A stretch of 64,000 nucleotides of DNA from the human T2T-CHM13v2.0 reference genome, Homo sapiens. Shown here piece by piece: positions 54,906 through 64,000 of this stretch. The stretch lies in assembly GCF_009914755.1 (NCBI RefSeq), contig NC_060930.1; one strand, given 5' to 3'. Both the position numbers and the translations under genes were made by a program. Position 1 is the stretch's first letter; each line of letters opens with the position of its first letter. The notes below the pieces were generated by a model that did not search any database, was not told the DNA's origin, and worked only from the letters and a program-made list of their open reading frames with translations.

Positions 54906-56339
54906 TTTATTTTATTTTATTTTTTATTCTTATTTTACTTTAAGTTCTGGGATACATATGCAGAACATGCAGGTTTGTTACATAGGCATACATGCACCAT
55001 GGTGGTTTGCTGCACCTGTTGACCCACCCAAAGTTCCTTCCCCTCACCCCCCCACCTCCAAACAGGCCCTGGTGTATATTGTTCACCTCCCTGTGTCCAT
55101 GTGTTCTCATTGTTCAGCTCCCACTTATGAGTGAAAATGTGTGGTGTTTAGTCTTCTATTCCTGTTAGTTTGCTGAGGATGATGGCTTCCAACTTCATCC
55201 ATGTCCCTGCAAAGGAAATGAACTCATTCTTTTTTGTGGCTGCGTAGTATTCCATTGTGTATATGTACCACATTTGCTTTATCCAGTCTATCATTGATGG
55301 GCATTTGGGTTGGTTCCATGACTTTGCTATTGTAAACAGTGTAAATAGTGCTTCAGTAAACATACATGTGCACGTGTCTTTATAGTAGAATGATTTATAT
55401 TCCTTTGGGTATATACCCAATAATGGGATTGCTGGGTCAAATGGTATTTCTGGTTCTAGATCCTTGAGGAATCACCATACTGTCTTCCACAACAGTTGAA
55501 CTAATTTATATTCCTACCAACAGTGTAAAAGTGTTCCTATTTCTCCACAGCCTTGCCAGCATCTATTGCTTCTTGACTTTTTAATAATTGTCATTCTGAT
55601 TGGCACCCTAATATCACAATTAAAAGAGCTAGAGTATTAAGAGCAAACTAATCCAAAAGCTATCAGAAGACAAGAAATAACTAAGATCAAGGCAGAACTG
55701 AAGGAGATAGACACACAAAACACCCTCCAAAAAAATCAATGAATCCAGGAGCTGGATTTTTAAAAAAATTAACAAAATAGATAGCCCACTAGCCAGACTA
55801 ATAGGAAGAAAAGAGAGAAGAATCAAATAGACACAATAAAAAAATGATAAAGGGGACATCACCACTGACCCCACAGAAACACAAACTACCTCAGAGAATA
55901 CTATAAACACCTCTACATAAATAAACTAGAAAATCTGGAAGAAATTCATAAATTCCTGGACACACACACCCTCCCAAGACTAAACCAGGAAGAAGTTGAA
56001 TCCCTGAATAGACCAATAACAGTTCTGAAATTGAGGCAGTAATTAATAGCCTACCAACCAAAAAAGCCTGGGACCAGATGGATTCACAGCTGAATTCTAC
56101 CAGAGGTACAAGGAGGAGCTGGTACCGTTCCTTCTGAAACCATTCCAAACAATAGAAAAGAAGGGACTCCTCCCTAACTCATTTTATGAAGTCAGCATCA
56201 TCCTGATACCAAAACTTGGCAAAGACAAAACAAAAAAAAAGGAAACTTCAAGCCAATATCCCTGATGAACATCGATATGAAAATCCTCAATAAAATACTG
56301 GCAAACCGAATCCAGCAGCACATCAAAAAATTTATCCAC
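54906..56339 (-). mobile_element. L1PA8-like element with 5' inversion (twin priming)
   Basis: Antisense 3' end at 54906-55604, then a + strand ORF2 mid-segment at 55605-56339. Degenerate TSD tatgcctatattt / tacacctgtattt. Confidence 0.92.
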
Positions 56340-57699
56340 TACACCTGTATTTTAAAGGCATCACTCATCAGATTGATTCCAAGTGAGGTATGCCTGTAGA
56401 TGCTCTGTCTTTATCCTCCAAAAATTCCCACTCTCTCTCCCTCCCTCTCTCTCTCTTTTTCTTTCTCTCTCGCTTTTTCTCTCACTCATCAATTTCCTTG
56501 GGTCTAATATGAGCATCTTTGGTATTTTGCTTGCTTCCCCTCTCCTTTGGAAAAACAGATCCCAGTTTTCGAAATTCAACCTTTACCTACTCTTGCAATC
56601 CCTATGGGAAAGAACTAACTAAGATTCTCATCAATGCCTTCTAGTGTCTGGGGGAAAATCCAGGAGACTTTTAAAATGTCCTTTGTTGTATTCTGTTTTT
56701 ACTTTCTCCATTAGCAGCCTTTAACTGCTGAAATGTTCTTACATATTTTAATCTTATTTTCTCTAATACATTATTTTTGTGCCCCTTATCTTGTTATAAT
56801 TCTTAAATTACTAGTTGGCTAATTCACTTAGGCATTGTCATGACTTTTAGAGAAATTGTATTGCTGTGTCTTATTTTTCTTCTATCTGGTCCTACCCTAT
56901 TCTAAACAATTTCTGCATTATATTAAAACCTTCCAAAGTTTACTTGTTTCTGCTCTATCTTGTTTCACTTTCATTTTCATCCTGATCCCAAACACAATGA
57001 GATTCAGATCGCTATTTCCAAGATTCCTCTGAACCATTCTTTCAGCAATAAGACCCCATGCATTACACACAATACCCTGGCTGGTATTGTTTCTCCTCCT
57101 TATTGGCCATAGGATGCAGTGAATGAGAAAGCAATCCTATATCAGAGCTACAAGCATTTAGCCTGCCTTATCTGGTCTGCCTCATAAAACACAGCCTATT
57201 CATAAGAAATTCAATTCTGCTGGCCACAACTGGCCCCTTGAATGTTTGTACACTTTTTTTTTTACCCAATAAGGCAGTCATTTCTTTACTTGAGGGTTAT
57301 ATCTAATTTTGTGATTTATAAAAAATTATAGTAAGCATTTTACACAAGTTTTACAGTGAAATTGTACAGTTTCAGGGTCAAAGAAAAATACTTCCTCTGT
57401 CAAAAGAAATGTCATATATTAATCATTTTGCATTATTCATCTATCAACTGATAATATTAAAGATGTTTTCAACAGAAATCAGAAACATAAATATAAACTA
57501 GTTTGTCTAGTCTTCCACCAGAAACAAAATTTTTGAAGTTTCTAAGTTGCTGAGAAAAACCTTAAAATATTAATTTAGAAAACAAGAGAGAAGCAAAATG
57601 AATGCAGAGTAAGGCTGAAAGGTATCAGTTACCTTTAGCTCATGGATGTTATCATTAACAGAATGAATTAGGTATATACCAATCAATTTCCAAAATATT

Positions 57700-58360
57700 T
57701 ATGAAGTTTCATTAGGTGGGAAAAATAAGACATAGCCAAAAATGTATTTGATCTCACTTTTTGTAAAACAATGGCAAAAATTATGTGTATACGTGTACAT
57801 GTATTATGTAGATATACACATACATGAAAAAAGATTTCATGTATATACATCTGGTCCTACCTTATTCTATTTAATGTGTATGCATCTTGTTATACTTGTA
57901 TCACATATATATACAAACATGCATTCATATATTATATACATGTATAACTTTATAGATGTCCATGTATATATTTTATAAAACAAGCAATGATGTGTATATT
58001 ACGACATTGCATATATTTTAGATCATTATTGAAAAAAGAACAGAAAAATATAACAGATTATTAATGGGGATTCCTTTGGGTAAAGGCAGATGTTTCATAA
58101 TGGGAGAGAAATATAAGAGGAGGAAGAAGAAGTAAAAAAAATTAAAAATTATTTGTCCTATATTAAAAGACATCATGTGTAATATAATTCCACTTATATG
58201 AAATGATGTAGGTGTTTGTACGCATAAAGAGATGCCTGAAAAGACGTTCACCAAAATATTAATGCTGCAAATTCAGAGAGGTAGGATTTAAGTTAATATT
58301 TATTTTCTTGCTTATGGTTTTTTGGTAATGTTTGAATTTTTTTCAGTGAGCATGTTATCA
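57700..58360 (+). mobile_element. L1ME-like 3' remnant with a TA/CA-rich simple repeat
   Basis: Low-complexity tatacata stretch at 57780-58010 and L1ME 3'-like text. Confidence 0.5.
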
Positions 58361-58424
58361 GGTATATTATTGAGGGGGACAGCACAATAAGACTATTTCC
58401 ATTACAGATGAAAGAGAAGATACA

Positions 58425-58731
58425 GGCTGGGTGTGGTGGCTCACACCTGTAATCCCAACACTTTGGGAAGCTGAGATGGGCGGATCACTTGAGCCCAGGA
58501 GTTCAAGACCAGCCTGGCCAACATGGTAAAACCCCATCTCTACTAAAAATACAAAACTAGCTGGGCATGGTGGTATGCCTGTGGTCCCTGCCATTTGGGG
58601 GGCTGAGATGGGAGGATCACCTTAGCCCTGGAGGGGGAGGTTGCAGTGAGCCAAGATCATGCCACTGCACTCCAGCCTGGACAACAGAGTGAGACTCTGT
58701 CTCAAAAAACAAAACAAAACAAAAAAAAAAC
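58425..58731 (+). mobile_element. AluJ (Jb-like)
   Basis: ggctgggtgtggtggctcacacctgtaatcc...gagtgagactctgtctc followed by an A-rich tail. Confidence 0.93.
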
Positions 58732-59089
58732 AGCTGAAAATGTAAAAAAAAAAAAAAAGAAAGAAAGAAAGAAACTTACGAAGAAGAGTTCACCCTTCGT
58801 GGAGATTCTACTCTGGCTCCAGTACACTCTTGTGTCTCTGCGTTGAGAAACTCCAGTGAAGATGTACCCAGCCTACAGAGGAACAAACTGAAGTGGAAGA
58901 TTTGATATCATGAGCTTTTAAGTGAGGCTCTCATTGACGTTTGGCGGCCAAAGAGCTGCAAGAACTTTTGGCACAACCGATCAATACTATCACATCCTCC
59001 TAAGGGAACGCAGTAATGAAAAGAAACTGAATCAATCTTTCTCAAGTGCAGCAGAGGGAATTGTTTCCAACATGCCCAGCCGCTGACTG

Positions 59090-59295
59090 CAGGGCATGTA
59101 CAGGCTAGTGTTGGGCTCCAGGGTCAGTTGCCTGGATTCAGACCCTGTTCCCAACTCTTAGGTTTTCAGTTCCTTTATATATAAAAGAGACATAATAATA
59201 TAACCTAGTGGAGAGGGTAGTTATGAGAATTAAGCATCAATGTACTGTACTTAAAACCATTCCTGCCTTGTTGTAGGCGGTCAGTGTGTTAACCC
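59090..59295 (+). mobile_element. MIR
   Basis: tgggctccagggtcagttgcctggattc...tcagttcctttatatataaaag. Confidence 0.7.
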
Positions 59296-59920
59296 CTATG
59301 CATGTGTGCCTGTCATTTCAGAGAGAAAAATAAAAATATTAAGTTGAAACATTTCCTTCAGTTATTATTATTTATTTAATTAGTCATTCTTATTCAATTA
59401 TTCGTGGCTTAGAAATCCACGTTTGGGAGAATGCTACTTTGACATCACTTTAAATATTTAAATTTGGAGACCAAACTTCAGAATATATCATTTATGCAAC
59501 AAATACTGAGCCCTACAATGCCTGGGTGCTGCTACCTCAAGGATCGGGCTATCCGGATATGATAAAACTTGGCCTTTCTTCACATCTGCAACAAATGAGT
59601 TTCAATTCCCAATCTGCATTTAAAGCATATGCATTAGTTTACAATGTTAAAAACATATTCTCTCCCTATCTCAAAGCACCTTAGGTTACCAAGAAGAAAT
59701 ACCAAGTAAAAAAATTAGTGTGAAAACATGTTCCCCAAGTTGGTGTGAAGGTAGATATTGATCACTATCCCGAGGTCTCTAGAGGAGGCTTTTGCATCAT
59801 AGGTAACAGAATAATATGAAAACAAAAATGCAGTGCATTTGAGGATATCTAAGCCATTCTTAGGAGGTAATTTTCAAACAGAGAAGTTGTTTTCCTGGTC
59901 TACCATCTTTTGTGTATGGT

Positions 59921-60222
59921 TTTCTTTTGTTGTTTGTTGTTGTTGTTGTTGTTGTTTTTTGTTTTTTGAGACAGTCTCACTCTGTCGCCCAGGCTGCAGT
60001 GCAGACTTCGCCTCCCAGATTCAAGCAATTCTCCTGCCTCAGCCTCCCAAGTAGCTGGGATTACAGGCATCCGCCATCATGCCCGGCTAATTTTTTTATT
60101 TTTGTAGAGACAGTGTTTGACCATATTGGCCAGGCTGGTCTTGAACTCCTGACCTCATGTGATCTGCCCACCTGAGCCTCCCAAAGTGCTGGGATTACAG
60201 GCATGAGCCACTGTGCCCAGCC
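59921..60222 (-). mobile_element. AluS with a (TTG)n tail and a ~25-bp internal deletion
   Basis: caggctgcagtgcag joins directly to acttcgcctcc; TSD-like tgtatggt on both sides. Confidence 0.93.
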
Positions 60223-60323
60223 ATGTATGGTCCTTCTTACACTTCCCTTTAATCTACACAAGTCTTCTATCCTGTAATACAATTCCCTGTCTCGAAATCC
60301 AGTTTAAGATTCTTAGCTGCTAC

Positions 60324-60525
60324 AGCACAACAACATGGCACATGTGTACATATGTAACAAACCTGCATGTTGTGCACATGTGCCCTTGAACTTAAAGTAT
60401 AATTTAAAAAAAGAAGAAAGAAAGCAAAGCAAAGCATTGGCAAAATAGACCAAAAGCTATTCCTAGAAAGCAAAAGATAAAAACCAATAAATTTGAGGAT
60501 AAGCAAAAAACAAAAACAAAAACAA
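60324..60525 (+). mobile_element. Severely 5'-truncated L1PA (L1PA4/5-like) carrying a 3' transduction
   Basis: About 80 bp of L1 3' end, an A-rich tail, ~84 bp of non-L1 sequence with AATAAA, a second A tail, and an 18-bp TSD (17/18 identical). Confidence 0.88.
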
Positions 60526-60899
60526 AAGATTCATAGCTGCTACTTATTCCCCTATCCACAAAAAGGGCAAAGAACTTGTCACTACATTTGAAATTGAAAG
60601 AGTTTTTACCCTACTTTCCACTGGCATCATTATTCACAAACATTGGAGCAACCATCTTAAGTATCTGCTACCCCATTGTCAATAGGGTTATTCATGGGGT
60701 GGGATTGGGGTGGGTATCACTTCTCCTGTGATGGAAAATACTCTAAACTAACACCTTCTGGTTTCTCTTCTCCCCTCATTTATTCCACACAAGGGAAGGA
60801 TGCAAAACATCTGATTAGTTACTTAAGAAGTGATCTTCAAAGTTTTCACTCTCACTCTCAGAATTCCTGCACTCTCAAAATTCATTAATGACTACTAAA

Positions 60900-61612
<713 letters not shown>

Positions 61613-62309
61613 AACTTAGGAGAAAGATGCAGGCATGGGTCTCTTGGTCACTGGGTTCCCCTCTCTTGGCAGTCTACCTTCCCCTAGAGAACACTCCTTT
61701 CAGCTTCACCTCATCCTGACTGCAGTTCTCCTGTGGTTCCTGGGATAGGTAACTCTGTCCCACCCTGGGACTGGCTTTTGAAAGTCCTTCATTGCCTTCA
61801 CCCCCTCAACTGTGTTATCCAACATCTTTATTCCATCAGGAATAAAGATAGAGTTTTAGTCTTCATCTGTCTGACTCCTTTGTCTTTCTCTCAGTTACTG
61901 TTATAAATAGCATAGATTTTCATTTCAGAGGTAGAGCCTGGCTTAACTCCGCTTTACCTGTCTGACCTGAATTAATGTTCTCATTCCCAGACTGTACTAG
62001 TTACTTGGTTACCTGATATTCACACTTGTCAGATGTAAACCCAAGGGCCTTTCATGCTCTTAGATTCCAAAAGGTGGCTTCTTCAGGAAACCTGCACCAG
62101 CTCTTAAGGACCTGTATCTCCACAACCCCCACCTGGGGGAGCTCCAGGGACAAGGAGCTGAATACACATATATGTGCTCTGAAGAAAGACATGTTTGCTT
62201 GCATTGCTGGGCAGTATGATAGAAAAATCAATTTGATCCATCTTTTCCATTTCTGTCCTAAGCAGCAATCTTGGTCCAACTGTTAAGTATGTCATGCCAC
62301 CCCAAACTG

Positions 62310-62520
62310 GGATAGTATTTACTATGTGCAGACACTACTGAAAGCATTTTACTAATAATAGCTCATTTATTCTTCATAATAATCTAATGAGGTAGGTACA
62401 GGTATGATTCCCATTTTAGAGACAAGAAAACTAAGGCACAGAGATGTTAAGTAACTGCCCAGTTGCTCTGCTGGGACTCAAACTCAGGCTCAGACTCTGT
62501 ATGCTTTGGGATCCAGCCCT
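62310..62520 (-). mobile_element. MIR
   Basis: cccattttagagacaagaaaactaaggcacagagatgttaagtaactgccc. Confidence 0.8.
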
Positions 62521-63123
62521 GCCCTTACCCTGGTATAAATCTCCTGGATAAACAATTGCAGTGACTCTGTCCACCCTAGCCTTTTCTTTTGTAAACTAGA
62601 CATTGCTCCCCTTCAGCACATATGTGGCTCTAAGTGTCTCTTTCAGGGCATCTGCTTATTCCCCCTTCAATGATTCCTTTCAGCCAAGATAAATGCCAAG
62701 GGGCCACGAGCACATAGGCCTTCCAAACCGCCCAAGAATTGATTATTGTGACATCTAAGTCTTCTACATATTTTCTGTTGGGTGGTGTCATTTAACCTAT
62801 TGTAATATTCAGAAGGACATGGATATGCTGTGTAACTTCACATTTTCAATTTCAATGTCCCGTTGAAGCACTTGATACCCCTCCATGTAACTGAACCATA
62901 GATAATAAAATCAGTGGCTATTATAATACTTCAAATATTTGTTCTTAGGCATAGTGAAGGTGTCCTTTCCCCGTTGGCCCAAAGTTTCTGATTCACCCTG
63001 CTCAGGCTGAGCATTACTTTAGGATCCTAGACAATTCTTTTATCTGCCTTTTACGTTAGATCCTCAATCCAAGTAAACTTTGAAAATACATCAACAACGG
63101 TTAAAAGAAACACCCACCTCCCC

Positions 63124-63430
63124 AGTTGGGTGCAGTGGTTCACGTCTATAATCCCAGCACTTTGGGAGGCTGAGGCAGGATCTCAAGACCAGGCTGGGCA
63201 ACATAAAGAGACCTCATCTCTACAAAAAAAGAAGAAAAAAGAAAGAAAGAAAACTAGCTGGGTGTGTTGGCACATGCCTGAAGTCCCAGCTACTCAAGAG
63301 GCTGAGCGAGAAGGATCACTTGAGCCCAGGAGGTTGAGGCTGCATGGAGCTGTGACCGCACCACTGCACTCCAGCCTAAGTGACAGAGCAAGACTCTGTC
63401 TCAGAAAAAAAAAAAAAAAAGGAAAGAAAG
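63124..63430 (+). mobile_element. AluJ with a small deletion in the left arm
   Basis: gaggcaggatctcaagacc lacks ~20 nt of consensus; the right arm and A tail are present. Confidence 0.92.
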
Positions 63431-64000
63431 AAAAACCCCCTATTATAAACAGGAACTAGCATCCATATGTAGAAACATAGTTCTGGTCTCTTGAGAGAGA
63501 CCAAGCCAGTTTGTGTTGACAATTTGCAAAGTGACCCACTGAACCAGCTCACCTTTCCACCCCTTCTGAAGCCTCCTGGGAGACATACTCCACATGCTAC
63601 CACCACCCCACCACATGGAAAACCTGATTTAACAATCAAAGAACTTTGGAGACATCCTTATTAGTCATGCTAATTCAGATTAGGGGAAAAAAAGTAAATG
63701 AATTACATGAGAGATTATTTAAAACCCAAATATATCTGGGTTAATTGGCCACTTATGATTCATCAATAGCTTGGTATTTCTGTAACATATGAGAGTTGCA
63801 TGCATTTGGGGTGAGAACTGTTAACAAGCTAACAAGCTCCTGAACGAGATTTTGATGAAATTTACACTTCTATAACTGAACCAAACCCTTTATTTTAAAA
63901 AAATAACCAATTTAGCTGTCAACATAAAATATTCATTTTGTCATTCATATAAGTAATGATCTCCAGCAAACGAGATAGTTTACTTTTTGACGTGAATTTC

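Overview
This is AT-rich primate (human-like) genomic DNA, intronic or intergenic in character, made up mostly of interspersed repeats: L1 of several ages, L2, MIR, Alu, MaLR/ERVL LTRs, hAT-Charlie MITEs and two Tigger1 DNA transposons. I cannot support any protein-coding gene. The ORF track consists of L1 ORF2, Alu and Tigger1 transposase remnants plus chance ORFs. I found no new gene system; the interesting signal is in how the DNA was rearranged. (1) Two Tigger1 copies about 26 kb apart in opposite orientation carry a free right Alu monomer (FRAM) at the same site and share many non-consensus bases, suggesting a local hop of a SINE-carrying DNA transposon. (2) A TSD-flanked insert has two poly(A) tails and joins an unknown transcript 3' end to an L1 endonuclease fragment. 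(3) A clear L1 3' transduction. (4) A perfect 44-bp inverted repeat with a third, diverged arm. (5) A head-to-head pair of different L1 subfamilies inside a single TSD. (6) A 50-bp locally templated insertion. (7) Two, possibly three, twin-primed L1 inversions. A candidate + strand terminal exon, a few candidate - strand exons and a candidate enhancer are reported at low confidence. Repeat subfamily names come from remembered consensus sequences, and old-repeat boundaries are approximate.
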